Assembly: GCA_021604525.1 (NCBI GenBank)
Contig: BQJD01000007.1
Span: 9,950 to 73,949, forward strand
Length of the DNA stretch: 64,000 nucleotides
Origin: a marine bacterium B5-7
GTDB lineage: Bacteria > Pseudomonadota > Gammaproteobacteria > Arenicellales > CAJQKF01
Direction: 5' to 3'
The position numbers and the translations under genes are program-made. Of the stretch, positions 51,821 to 62,084 are shown one piece after another. Each line of letters starts with the position of its first letter. Position 1 is the stretch's first letter. The notes below the pieces were generated by a model, which was not told the origin of the DNA, searched no databases, and saw only the letters and a program-made list of their open reading frames with translations.

Positions 51821-52714
51821 TCACTTGCCGAGTACCGCCAGTAATTGTGCAATTAACGCTTTGGCCTCGCCGAGATAGCCGCCACCGAACAGGTTAAGAT
51901 GGTTGAGCACATGATACAGATTGTATAACTGCTTGCGCACCGGGTAGCCATCATCTAGCGGCCATGCCGATTGGTAGGCTGCATAAAAGTCGCGACCAAA
52001 ACCACCAAACAGTTCGCTCATGGCGATATCCGCTTCACGGTCACCGTAATACACCGCCGGATCATATATCACCGCTCGGCCGTGATCGTCTGCAGCAGCA
52101 TTGCCAGTCCACAAGTCGCCATGCAGCAGCGAAGGTCTGACATCATGGCCTGAGAATAATGCACCCATCTCTGCAAGCAGGCGTTCGCCGTCATCGGCTA
52201 ACTCCCGACTGAAACCATTGCCGGCAGCGAGATCGAACTGATACTTGAGCCGCCGGGTTGCAAAGAATCCCGGCCAATCGGTCGCGCGATGATTTACCTG
52301 CGGCGTAACGCCAATAAAATTATCACGGTGCCAGCCAAATGCATCGTTGGTGATCGCGTGTAACGCGGGAAGCCCCTCACCGAGTTTTACGGCAGCGTTA
52401 GCGATGGGACGAAGCGCGATATACTCAAGCACTAACGCTGCTCGCCGATCGAACACACCCTGGGTGATGACCTTTGGAACCCGCAGTTCAAGACACTCGC
52501 CAAGTGCCGCCAGGCCATCGGCTTCAGCGTTGAACCGGTCGAGAGAATTAATATCGCCGAGTTTTACGAACACCTGCATCGAGGCATCCTGTAAGCAGTA
52601 CGTCTCATCTGTCGAACCACCACCAGGACGGATTGCCTGGTACGGATTGAATGTTTGACCCAATGCATCAGTGACTGCATTGATGAGTTCATTACTGTGT
52701 TCAATCATTGGCAT
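51821..52714 (-). CDS. fructosamine/ketosamine-3-kinase family protein
   Basis: 297 aa; PSLLHGDLWTGN, VIYDPAVYYGDREADIAM. Confidence 0.82.
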   Translation of the reverse strand: MPMIEHSNELINAVTDALGQTFNPYQAIRPGGGSTDETYCLQDASMQVFVKLGDINSLDRFNAEADGLAALGECLELRVPKVITQGVFDRRAALVLEYIALRPIANAAVKLGEGLPALHAITNDAFGWHRDNFIGVTPQVNHRATDWPGFFATRRLKYQFDLAAGNGFSRELADDGERLLAEMGALFSGHDVRPSLLHGDLWTGNAAADDHGRAVIYDPAVYYGDREADIAMSELFGGFGRDFYAAYQSAWPLDDGYPVRKQLYNLYHVLNHLNLFGGGYLGEAKALIAQLLAVLGK

Positions 52715-53176
52715 GTAAGGTGAAACTGCTTTGTTGAAACTGATCCCGGGTTTAATAAAATTACGCTACCGTAGTAACTACTTGAGATCACTGCCGGGAT
52801 AACTTGAACGTCTGAATGACCATTGAGACTCTCATCAAAATGCTCATCAATATGGACCGGGCGAAGTCAACTTGATTTGCATGACTATTCTGAGTGACGT
52901 TTACGGAGTAATCGGTAACTCGTTGAAACAAAAGCGTCGCATTCAAAGGCTCCTGGAAAGCGAGTGACGAGTCAATCGACGGCGATTTATGCACAATTAT
53001 TCTGCGACCAATAAACTTACTGGATTTTTGCACAAACTTTCGTTCATCTGATTCAATTACTGATGCAATCAATTGATATATATAGGCATACTAAATCTGC
53101 CTAAAAAATAGGCGATTTTGACACAGGGCATTCCCGACCTGAAAAAACGCGTCCCGCAGACGCTTTGTGCACACAC

Positions 53177-53199
53177 TTATCCACAAGTTCTGTGGGTAA
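53177..53199. promoter_or_regulatory. pair of convergent DnaA boxes
   Basis: TTATCCACA (53177-53185, perfect consensus), a 5-bp spacer agttc, then TGTGGGTAA (53191-53199, which is TTACCCACA on the other strand with 1 mismatch). Lies ~120 bp upstream of priA. Confidence 0.55.
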
Positions 53200-53315
53200 C
53201 TTTCAAGGCACCGAAACGTACCACCGCCCTGCTACACTACGGTGCCTCGAGTCGACCGTGAACACGTCCAACCAATCCCAACGAAAACCGAATTGAAGAC
53301 TCCTTGAATGTTCCA

Positions 53316-55523
53316 ATGAGCGCCGCAACCGTGATCAGTGTGGCCGTCGCTGCGCCGCTGTCGCGCCACTTCGATTATGCGCTTGATGACAGTAACGTGC
53401 CGGCGGTAGGCGCTCGCGTATTGGTTCCTTTCGGCAGTAGTACGCGGGTCGGTTTCGTGGTGTCGTATCGCACCGATCCATCACCACCAACACGCACACT
53501 CAAACCAATTATCGAAATCATCGATGAGACGCCGTTGTTTGATGACGGCTTGCGGCGGCTGCTCGAATTCGCCGCTGACTATTACCAGCATCCTCTCGGT
53601 GAAGTGATGCAGGCAGCATTGCCGTCACGTCTTCGAAAACGACTCGAGGCACCGGTCGATCCGGTTAACTTCGTACTAACGGATTCTGCCAATGCAATCC
53701 GAACGCATCTTGCCGCCAATGCCGCTCGACAATATCGCGTGGTCGATGCACTTGAAGCGGCTGGTGGAGGTGGTCTTAACAGCGCCGAATTACGCCAGAC
53801 GGCAGGTGAGTGCGGCAACGCACTCAAGCGGCTTGAATCCCTGGGACTGATTCGCAGCCTGTCTGCTGATGAATCAACAAACACGATCACAACCACACCC
53901 GGCCCGACGCTCAACCCGCACCAATTGAGTGCTGTCGAACGGATCATCTCCAACCAGGGTCGCTACGAATGCTTCCTGCTCGAAGGCGTGACCGGCAGCG
54001 GTAAAACCGAGGTGTACCTGGAATGCGCACGACGCGTCATCGCCAATCAACGCCAGGTGTTGGTACTGGTTCCAGAAATAGCCTTGACCCCGCAGTTGAT
54101 CAGCCGCTTTCGTGAACGTCTTGGCGTGCCCGTCTCGGTACTCCATTCAGGGCTTGCCGACGGCGCCCGACAACGCGCCTGGCTAGCGGCAAAAAACGGT
54201 CTTGGCCCGATCGTTCTTGGTACCCGCTCGGCCGTATTTGCCGCGCTGCCGCGTGCAGGTCTTATCGTCATCGACGAGGAGCACGACCCGTCTTTCAAAC
54301 AGCAGGACGGCTTTCGTTATAACGCCCGCGACATTGCCATCAAGCGTGCGTCCATGGAAAACATTCCTATCGTTCTCGGGTCAGCAACACCATCCCTTGA
54401 AAGCTACTACAACGCCCGGCGCGGTCGTTACACCGGCGTCGCATTGCCGCAGCGTGCCGGCAGTGCGTTGATGCCGGCACTGCATCTGATCGATAGCGGC
54501 CAGTGGCCACTCAGCGACGGGCTCACACGGCCATTGATCGATGCCATCGAACGCTGCCTGAAACGCGGTGAGCAGAGCTTGATATTCATCAACCGGCGCG
54601 GCTTTGCCCCGGTGACGATCTGTGGGCATTGCGGCTGGCAGGGAAAATGCTCACGCTGTGATGCGTTCCTGACGCTGCACCAGCAAAATGCCATGCTGCG
54701 CTGTCACCATTGCGGCAGTACCTGCCCGGCACCGACGAAGTGTCCCGACTGCGGAGATAGCGACCTGTTTCTTGCCGGTGTCGGTACCCAGCGCGTCGAG
54801 GCCGCGCTAGCGCGGCTGTTCCCTGAAGCCCGGGTTTTGAGAATTGATCGTGACAGCAGTGCAGCCCGTGGCGCGCTGGAGTCGCACCTCGAACAGATAC
54901 GTTTGCGTCAGGTGGATATTGTCGTCGGCACGCAGATCCTTTCCAAGGGACACGACTTCCCGGGCATTACCCTGGTAGGCGTGCTGAATTCCGACCAGGC
55001 GCTGTACAGTGTCGATTTTCGCGCGGCTGAACGACTGTTCCAGTCAATCACCCAGGTGGCCGGGCGCGCCGGGCGCGCATCGGACCCGGGTCGGGTGCTG
55101 GTCCAGACCGCGTTCGCGGATCATCCATTGATGCGTGCGTTGACCCGCCACGACTATGCGGCGCTGGCCGAAACCGAGCTTGAACTGCGGCGCAAGACCA
55201 TGCTGCCGCCATTCGGGTATCTGGCCCTGTTGCGGGCCGAATCGATCAATGCGAACGCCGCTGTCGAGTTCCTGAAAACGGCTGCAGATATTGGTCATAC
55301 AATCGACATCGACGAGGATCGTGCAGCCGTTACCATCATGGATCCGGTACCGGCACCCATGGAACGACGGGCTGGTCGGACACGTGCCCAGTTGATGATT
55401 CAATCCACCAGGCGTGCACCGCTCCGAATTTTTTTATCGCACCTCGTCAGCGCATTGGAAGCACATCGCAGTGCGCGTAGCGTGCGCTGGTCGGTTGATG
55501 TCGATCCAATCGATCTTTACTAG
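53316..55523 (+). CDS. priA: primosomal replication-restart helicase PriA
   Basis: The ATG at 53316 is preferred over the ORF-track TTG at 53304. Walker A GVTGSGKTEVY, DEEHD box, Cys-rich zinc region CGHCGW...CSRCD...CHHCG...CPDCG. Confidence 0.93.
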   Translation: MSAATVISVAVAAPLSRHFDYALDDSNVPAVGARVLVPFGSSTRVGFVVSYRTDPSPPTRTLKPIIEIIDETPLFDDGLRRLLEFAADYYQHPLGEVMQAALPSRLRKRLEAPVDPVNFVLTDSANAIRTHLAANAARQYRVVDALEAAGGGGLNSAELRQTAGECGNALKRLESLGLIRSLSADESTNTITTTPGPTLNPHQLSAVERIISNQGRYECFLLEGVTGSGKTEVYLECARRVIANQRQVLVLVPEIALTPQLISRFRERLGVPVSVLHSGLADGARQRAWLAAKNGLGPIVLGTRSAVFAALPRAGLIVIDEEHDPSFKQQDGFRYNARDIAIKRASMENIPIVLGSATPSLESYYNARRGRYTGVALPQRAGSALMPALHLIDSGQWPLSDGLTRPLIDAIERCLKRGEQSLIFINRRGFAPVTICGHCGWQGKCSRCDAFLTLHQQNAMLRCHHCGSTCPAPTKCPDCGDSDLFLAGVGTQRVEAALARLFPEARVLRIDRDSSAARGALESHLEQIRLRQVDIVVGTQILSKGHDFPGITLVGVLNSDQALYSVDFRAAERLFQSITQVAGRAGRASDPGRVLVQTAFADHPLMRALTRHDYAALAETELELRRKTMLPPFGYLALLRAESINANAAVEFLKTAADIGHTIDIDEDRAAVTIMDPVPAPMERRAGRTRAQLMIQSTRRAPLRIFLSHLVSALEAHRSARSVRWSVDVDPIDLY

Positions 55524-55557
55524 AACCTGTCTCAAAATGGCTGCAATCCGCCAAGAC

Positions 55558-56667
55558 TCAAGGTCGGTGACTCGATGCCATGTAGGCATCGCTCGAAAAC
55601 TCGCGCAGACGGCTGGCGGTACGCTCGAAGGCGTGGGTCAGACGTTTGCCGCGATACAGTAACTCCGGCCGGGTAGCAGCAGATACCAGCACGTTGACGC
55701 GGCGATCGTACAGTTCGTCGATCAGCTCGATGAAGCGTCGTGCCGGATCATCGCCATCAACGCCGAGCAGCGGAATATCCGACACCAGCAGGGTGTGATA
55801 GAAGCGCGATAATTCCGTGTAATCCGCCTTGGATCGCGGCCCGACACACAACCCATCGAACTCGAACCAGCAGATTCCCTCACTCGCCATGCGCACGGGT
55901 ATCTGCCGACCATTCAATTCAAGCGGCTGGTCGTCGACGGGTTCATCCCCACAGAGCTTGTAAAACAAGACTTTGAGGGTTTGTTCGGCAACATCATCAT
56001 GGGGGCACAGATAGGCGTTCGCAGATTGCAGGGTCTTGAGCCGGTAATCCACCCCGCCATCGAGATTGAACACCTCGCAGTGACTCTCGATCAGTTTGAT
56101 TGCCGGTAAAAACCGTTCGCGCTGCAATCCATCCCGGTAGAGATTGGCAGGATGGGTATTGGAGGTAAATACCAGCACCACGCCACGCTCGACCAGCACC
56201 TTGAACAGCCGTGCCAACACCATTGCGTCCATGATATCCGCCACAAACAGCTCGTCGAAACAGAGTATCGATGCATCTGCGGCTATATCTGCGGCAATGG
56301 CATCAAGTGGATTGCTTTGTGACTTACGCTCGTTAAGCTCGCGATGGATCTCCAGCATGAACCGGTGAAAATGAACCCGCCTGCATTTGTCAGTGGGTAT
56401 CGAGCGATAGAACAGGTCCATCAAGAAGGTTTTGCCACGTCCGACACCACCCCATAAGTAGACGCCACGAACCGGCGCCTCGGAACCTTTCAACCAGCGC
56501 CTGAAGCGTCCCGCCAGACCCTTATTGGCATTACGCCGGGCGAGATTGTCAAGTATCCGCTGTAAACGGATGACGGCGTCGAGCTGGGCATCGTCCACGC
56601 AGTAACCCAACTGATTAATCTCTATCAGGTACAACGACTTGAGATCAACGCGGGCCTCAGCCGTCAT
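55558..56667 (-). CDS. zapE: cell division protein ZapE (AFG1-like ATPase)
   Basis: 369 aa; LWGGVGRGKTFLMDLF (Walker A), CFDELFV (Walker B). Confidence 0.87.
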   Translation of the reverse strand: MTAEARVDLKSLYLIEINQLGYCVDDAQLDAVIRLQRILDNLARRNANKGLAGRFRRWLKGSEAPVRGVYLWGGVGRGKTFLMDLFYRSIPTDKCRRVHFHRFMLEIHRELNERKSQSNPLDAIAADIAADASILCFDELFVADIMDAMVLARLFKVLVERGVVLVFTSNTHPANLYRDGLQRERFLPAIKLIESHCEVFNLDGGVDYRLKTLQSANAYLCPHDDVAEQTLKVLFYKLCGDEPVDDQPLELNGRQIPVRMASEGICWFEFDGLCVGPRSKADYTELSRFYHTLLVSDIPLLGVDGDDPARRFIELIDELYDRRVNVLVSAATRPELLYRGKRLTHAFERTASRLREFSSDAYMASSHRP

Positions 56668-57347
56668 CTTGTCACCATCGGCTGTGGTGCAATGTCTTCA
56701 AGGTTATCGATATTAGGGAAAAACCCGTGGGGCGAGGCCGGCAGGCTGGAATCAGGTCGCTCCACTGACACCACCTGGGAGATACCGAAGCGATGCGCGG
56801 CTTCAAGTACCGCCGGGCTATCGTCAATAAACAGGCAGCGTACGGGGTCAAGATCGAGTTCGGTTTGCAGGTGCTTCCAGAAGATCGCGTCTTCCTTGGG
56901 TGCGCCAAGATCGTGGGAGCTGATGGTTCTATCGAAGAAATGTCCGATGGCCGTGGTCGTCAGCTTGATTTCAAGGGTGCTTCGGTGAGCGTTGGTAACC
57001 AGCACCTGGCGTCGACCACTGATGCGTACCGCCTCAAGAAAAGCCCTGGCGCCCGGACGCACCCGGATACGGGATTTCAGTTCAGTTTTCATGGCAACAA
57101 TATCAAGACCGAGCTCTGTCGACCAGAATTCGACGCAGTACCAGTCGAGCGTGCCGCGCAATTCGGCCATCCTTGCGAACAACAGTGCGCAGGCGCTGTC
57201 GAAATCAATGTTATTAAGCGCCGCATAAGCTGCGGGTACATGCTCACGCCAGAAATAATTGTCGAATCCGAGATCCAGCAGGGTTCCATCCATGTCTAAA
57301 AGAACCGTTTCGATCTGTTGCCAGTCAACCAGATTTGGATTCAACAT
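56664..57347 (-). CDS. yrfG: HAD-IA hydrolase, GMP/IMP nucleotidase YrfG-like
   Basis: VLLDMDGTLLDLGFDNYFW...LDWYCVEFWS...VTNAH...FIDDS parallels E. coli YrfG along its whole length. 4-nt overlap with zapE. Confidence 0.82.
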   Translation of the reverse strand: MLNPNLVDWQQIETVLLDMDGTLLDLGFDNYFWREHVPAAYAALNNIDFDSACALLFARMAELRGTLDWYCVEFWSTELGLDIVAMKTELKSRIRVRPGARAFLEAVRISGRRQVLVTNAHRSTLEIKLTTTAIGHFFDRTISSHDLGAPKEDAIFWKHLQTELDLDPVRCLFIDDSPAVLEAAHRFGISQVVSVERPDSSLPASPHGFFPNIDNLEDIAPQPMVTR

Positions 57348-57455
57348 CGCCTCCCGGGCGTTATCAAGGTCGCGGACTTTATTAAAAATCCCGCCGGTTT
57401 GCTATACTGGTCGGCCAGCCCGGGCGTCACGTCCGACACGGCAGTCGATTCCGAC

Positions 57456-58451
57456 ATGGCACTTACATCACTGACGCCAATGCCCAATTCAGAATTCAAA
57501 TCCACCGCCCGCGATGTCCTCATGCTTGAGGCCGCCGCCCTCACCGATCTTGCCGACCGAATCGGACCGACCTTCGATGAAAGCTGCAATCTGTTGCTTA
57601 ATTGCAGCGGGCGTGTCGTGGTGGTCGGCATGGGCAAATCCGGTCATATCGGCGGCAAGATCGCATCCAGTCTCGCCAGTACCGGGACGCCGGCATTTTT
57701 TGTGCATCCGGGCGAAGCAAGTCACGGCGACCTCGGCATGATCACCGCCAACGATGTGGTAATTGCCATTTCCAATTCAGGTGAGACACCCGAAATCCTG
57801 ACCATCCTGCCATTGGTGAAACGCATGGGCGTGAGCCTGATTGGCATGACCGGACGGATCGACTCCACCCTGGGACGCAGCGCCGATGTCTGTCTTGACG
57901 TGGGCGTCCCCCAGGAGGCCTGCCCACACAACCTTGCCCCGACTGCCAGCACCACCGCCACCCTGGCCATGGGCGATGCGCTGGTGGTGGCGGTACTCAA
58001 GGCACGCGGCTTCACCCGTCACGATTTCGCCCGCTCCCATCCAGGCGGCACCCTCGGCCGCCGCCTGCTGCTGTATGTGGGCGATGTTATGCATACCGGC
58101 GAACGCATCCCCCTGGTCAATGAAGAAGCATTACTTGAAGACGCCTTGATCGAGATGAGCAGCAAGGGGCTCGGCATGACCGGAGTAATTGACTCAAACG
58201 GCGCTTTGACGGGAATTTTCACCGACGGCGACTTGCGTCGCGCGCTGGGCAGTAATGTGGACATTTACCACTGCCGCATCGCCGAGGTCATGACAGCCAA
58301 TCCCAAGACCACCACCGCGGACACGCTCGCGGCGGAGTTGATCAAGTTGATGCAGATATATTCCATCAACGGCATATTTGCCCTCGACGACACCGGCAGG
58401 GTGACTGGCGCGCTCAATACCCTCGACCTGATTCGCGCTGGCGTGTTGTGA
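57456..58451 (+). CDS. kdsD: arabinose-5-phosphate isomerase (KdsD/KpsF)
   Basis: The ATG at 57456 is the likely start. SIS domain VVVGMGKSGHIG..., followed by tandem CBS domains. Confidence 0.9.
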   Translation: MALTSLTPMPNSEFKSTARDVLMLEAAALTDLADRIGPTFDESCNLLLNCSGRVVVVGMGKSGHIGGKIASSLASTGTPAFFVHPGEASHGDLGMITANDVVIAISNSGETPEILTILPLVKRMGVSLIGMTGRIDSTLGRSADVCLDVGVPQEACPHNLAPTASTTATLAMGDALVVAVLKARGFTRHDFARSHPGGTLGRRLLLYVGDVMHTGERIPLVNEEALLEDALIEMSSKGLGMTGVIDSNGALTGIFTDGDLRRALGSNVDIYHCRIAEVMTANPKTTTADTLAAELIKLMQIYSINGIFALDDTGRVTGALNTLDLIRAGVL

Positions 58452-58894
58452 GAATCCTCGAAAAACTGATTCTGTTGGCGGTCTTTCTCGGCTTTGCCGC
58501 AATTACCGCATGGCTGGAACAATCCGAGAATCAAACCCCTGGCGACAATGCCGCCGAGGTTCCGGTAAATAATGACCCTGACTACTATATCGAGAACTTC
58601 GTCGCCACCGGACTTGATAGCGAGGGCCGCCAGTACGTCATAGAATCGATTCGCCTGGCCCATTTCCCCGTCGACGATACCTCGCTCATCGAACAGCCGC
58701 ATATCATCCAGTACACTGACGAAGCCGGTCCACGTCACATTTATGCCGACAATGGCTTGATCTCCGCTGATGGTACGGAAGTATTGCTGCGCGGTAAGGT
58801 CAAGGCAATTGAAAGCCGCTCTGACAACCAGCCCGGCAACGTCACGACCAGCGAGCGCATGCGTATCAAGTTACGTAAAAAGCCCGGTTCATGA
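58448..58894 (+). CDS. lptC: LPS export protein LptC (short form)
   Basis: 148 aa with an N-terminal TM anchor, PDYYIENF...G..Y.I....HFP. GTG start overlaps the kdsD stop (GTGA). Positioned before lptA-lptB. Confidence 0.68.
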   Translation: MRILEKLILLAVFLGFAAITAWLEQSENQTPGDNAAEVPVNNDPDYYIENFVATGLDSEGRQYVIESIRLAHFPVDDTSLIEQPHIIQYTDEAGPRHIYADNGLISADGTEVLLRGKVKAIESRSDNQPGNVTTSERMRIKLRKKPGS

Positions 58895-58930
58895 GTCGTT
58901 GTCGACAACCATTCTTCTGCTAGAATTCAG

Positions 58931-59590
58931 ATGATGAATCGTCACATAACATCACTCATCCTGTCGATCGTGTCTGCACTCGCTGCCAGCATGGTACCGC
59001 TTGCCGTCAGCGCGCTCGAATCAGATGCCAGCCAGCCTGCGGTAATCGATGCTGACGCCGTGGATATCGATTTTGCCGCCGGCACCCGCATTTACTACGG
59101 TAACGTCAGGTTCGTGCAGGGCACCATCCGCCTGAAAGCCGACAAGCTCGAAGTCTATTTCAAGGACAGCAAGCTGGATCACGCGGTTGCCGTGGGTAAT
59201 CCGGCAGTGGTCCGACAACGACCCGACGGCAAGGAATACGACGTGATTGGCGAGGGCCAATTCATTTATCTGGACGAGGTTAATAACATAATCACCTTGA
59301 CCCGAAATGCGTCATTAACACAAGGACAGGACAATGTCCGAGGCAAGACCATCGTCTATAACATGGCAACCGACAAGATGCAGGTTCGAAGCGGCGATAC
59401 GCCAACCCGTACCACCAAAATTCCGGAAGGCACGGCGGGCGCCCCGCCACCTCCAATCCCCGATCCGGCGACCAGTGCAGCAACAGACGCCGCCGCGAGT
59501 ACGGAAAATTCTGCTTCCGATGAGGCAGCAACCAGTGACGGCGAGCCGAAACGCCCGCGTATCGTCCTGAAACCCAAGCCAGCCGAGTAG
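58931..59590 (+). CDS. lptA: LPS transport periplasmic protein LptA (OstA-like)
   Basis: Signal peptide, then PAVIDADAVDIDFAAGTRIYYGNVRFVQGTIRLKADKLEV. Has a ~60-aa Pro/Ala/Ser/Asp-rich C-terminal extension. Confidence 0.82.
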   Translation: MMNRHITSLILSIVSALAASMVPLAVSALESDASQPAVIDADAVDIDFAAGTRIYYGNVRFVQGTIRLKADKLEVYFKDSKLDHAVAVGNPAVVRQRPDGKEYDVIGEGQFIYLDEVNNIITLTRNASLTQGQDNVRGKTIVYNMATDKMQVRSGDTPTRTTKIPEGTAGAPPPPIPDPATSAATDAAASTENSASDEAATSDGEPKRPRIVLKPKPAE

Positions 59591-59691
59591 CGCCTTATCG
59601 CGCTGTTACTCACCCACTGCGGCCCACGGCATCTAACGTGCCTGTTAATTATGGCGCCCCATCGATATTAAGCATTTAGGGCAATCTCACC

Positions 59692-60417
59692 TTGGCTACA
59701 CTCGTTACCCGCGATCTTTGCAAGTCGTACCGCGGCCTCCACGTGGTTCGAAACGTCAACGTGGCCGTACGAAACGGCGAAGTGGTTGGCCTTTTGGGCC
59801 CCAACGGCGCGGGTAAGACCACCTGTTTCTATATGATTTGCGGTCTTATCCGGCGTGACAAGGGACACATCATTCTCGACCAGAAAGATATCAGCGACCT
59901 GCCCATGCATCGCCGTGCGCGGCTTGGTATAGGCTACCTGCCCCAGGAACCCTCCGTGTTCCGCAAACTCAGCGTCGAGGACAATATTATGGCGGTACTC
60001 GAAGCACTGCCAAACCTGACCAATGCATCGAGGGCCAAGCGCGTGAAGATGCTGCTCGATGAATTTGGCCTGGCTCACAAACGCAAGGCCATGGGCATCA
60101 GCCTTTCCGGTGGGGAACGCCGCCGCGTTGAGATTGCCCGCGCTTTGGCGCTGGCGCCTTCATTTATACTGCTCGATGAGCCCTTCGCCGGTATTGACCC
60201 GATTTCCGTCGGTGATATTCAAAAGGTCATCTCGTTTCTCAAGGACAAAGGCATTGGCGTATTGATAACCGATCATAATGTCCGCGAAACCCTTGGAATC
60301 TGTGATCGTGCCTATATTCTGGCCGAAGGCAAGGTTCTCGCCGCCGGCACGCCAGGCGAAGTCCTCGAACATCCCGAGGTCAGGGCAACCTATCTCGGTC
60401 ACCAATTCAGAATGTAA
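59692..60417 (+). CDS. lptB: LPS export ABC transporter ATP-binding protein LptB
   Basis: TTG start; [39 protein letters not shown]. Confidence 0.95.
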   Translation: MATLVTRDLCKSYRGLHVVRNVNVAVRNGEVVGLLGPNGAGKTTCFYMICGLIRRDKGHIILDQKDISDLPMHRRARLGIGYLPQEPSVFRKLSVEDNIMAVLEALPNLTNASRAKRVKMLLDEFGLAHKRKAMGISLSGGERRRVEIARALALAPSFILLDEPFAGIDPISVGDIQKVISFLKDKGIGVLITDHNVRETLGICDRAYILAEGKVLAAGTPGEVLEHPEVRATYLGHQFRM

Positions 60418-60522
60418 TCGGGATGAGCTTCATCCGGCAGATGATTGGCGCATAGGCCATGAGACGATTCGAGACGTTGTTTGTCGCCACAGCGCCTTCG
60501 GCGTAGAATTTCCAGCATAGTG

Positions 60523-61998
60523 ATGAAACCTGCGTTAAGTCTCAAACTCGGCCACAAACTCAAGCTGACACCACGGCTGAAGCAGGCGATCACCCTGCTG
60601 CAGATGTCGTCGGTCGATCTCGAAGCCGAGATTCGGGATGCACTCGAATCCAACCCCTTTCTTGAGGAAATCGAGGCGCCGACACCGGTTAACGCAGAAG
60701 GCAACGGTAAATCCGCCGATGACAACGACACCGCATTCGATCCGCTTTACCAGGAAACCGGTGCCAGCGATTCGGAAGAATCAGATAACCGCCTTGCCGC
60801 TGGCTCGACTGGCCTCCAGGCCGCTGAAGTCCTCCCGGAACACCATGGCGTCATGGACACACGCACAGCAACTGCATATGACAACACCGCGTTGCTGGAC
60901 AACCTGACCGGACAGCGCAGCCTTGCCGAATACCTCCGGGAACAAATCAGAATCTCGCCAATTTCCGAATCCGACGCACTGATTGCCCACATTCTTATTG
61001 AAAACATCAACGAATACGGCTATCTGGATATTCAAATCGATGAGGTCGTCACGCTGCTTGACGATCTGATAGATGTCGAAGACGCTGATATCGAAAGGGT
61101 ACTTGGCATAGTCCAGTCCATGGATCCGCCCGGCATCGGTGCCCGTGATCTTCGCGAATGCCTGCTGATCCAGTTGCTGGAGAGGGAATCTTCAGATGCC
61201 AACGCCACGGCTATCGAGATCATGCGGAATCATTTCGAACTGCTTTCAAAACGAGATCATGCGGGGCTCGGCAAAGCTCTGAATCTGTCCGAGGCGAAAG
61301 TTTCAGAAGCACTGGCCATAATCCGTTGCCTCGACCCACGACCGGCGACCCGGCTGGATCTCAAGCCGATCGACTATGTCGTGCCGGATGTGGTGGTGTT
61401 TCAATCAGATGGCGTGTGGCAGGTACGGCTCAACCAGGATTCGCAGAGCAAACTTGCCATCAGCCCGTCTTGCAAAACCTATCTTTCCACTAACGGCAAT
61501 CGCGAGGACACCCTGTATTTTCGTGAGCGCCACCAGGAAGCGAAATGGTTCCTGCAAAGCCTCAAGCAGCGTAACGACACCATTTTACGGGTCGCCACCG
61601 ATATCGTTCGTCATCAGTCGGGATTTTTTGAACACGGTGAACGCGCCATGAAACCCCTGACCTTGAAGCAGATCGCCGAGACGCTGGATCTTCATGAGTC
61701 GACCATCTCAAGGGCCACCAGTCATAAGTACCTGCAATCACCGCGCGGCACCCACGAGCTGAAATTCTTTTTTTCAAGCCAGCTCGCCACCACATCAGGT
61801 GATGCGTTATCGTCCACCGCCATACAGGCGCGTATTCGTTCGCTGATTAACGATGAACCGGACCATAAACCGATAAGTGATCAGAAAATCGCAGATTATT
61901 TTAAATCGATGGGTATCAATGTGGCACGTCGCACGGTCACCAAATACCGCGAGCTGATGCGTATTCCTTCTTCCAGCCAAAGGAAGGAATTCAGATGA
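60523..61998 (+). CDS. rpoN: RNA polymerase sigma-54 factor
   Basis: The ATG at 60523 gives MKPALSLKLGHKLKLTPRLKQAITLLQMS...; C-terminal RpoN box ARRTVTKYRE. Confidence 0.96.
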   Translation: MKPALSLKLGHKLKLTPRLKQAITLLQMSSVDLEAEIRDALESNPFLEEIEAPTPVNAEGNGKSADDNDTAFDPLYQETGASDSEESDNRLAAGSTGLQAAEVLPEHHGVMDTRTATAYDNTALLDNLTGQRSLAEYLREQIRISPISESDALIAHILIENINEYGYLDIQIDEVVTLLDDLIDVEDADIERVLGIVQSMDPPGIGARDLRECLLIQLLERESSDANATAIEIMRNHFELLSKRDHAGLGKALNLSEAKVSEALAIIRCLDPRPATRLDLKPIDYVVPDVVVFQSDGVWQVRLNQDSQSKLAISPSCKTYLSTNGNREDTLYFRERHQEAKWFLQSLKQRNDTILRVATDIVRHQSGFFEHGERAMKPLTLKQIAETLDLHESTISRATSHKYLQSPRGTHELKFFFSSQLATTSGDALSSTAIQARIRSLINDEPDHKPISDQKIADYFKSMGINVARRTVTKYRELMRIPSSSQRKEFR

Positions 61999-62084
61999 CA
62001 AATTTCAACAACCTTACCCCATATGTCCTGAATTGATTCGGACTCCTACTCACAAAACACGACAACAAGATCAGAGGTTAGATC

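Noticed and set aside
52788-53072. 94-aa minus-strand ORF in the AT-rich gap upstream of priA
   Set aside because: It has a TTG start with no SD (the upstream sequence is TATATATCA), an AT-rich composition and no family resemblance. It is more likely non-coding.
52715-53303. Chromosomal replication origin (oriC)
   Set aside because: DnaA boxes are present, but I saw no AT-rich 13-mer array, few GATC sites and no dnaA, dnaN, gidA or mioC context. A DnaA-regulatory locus is the more conservative reading.
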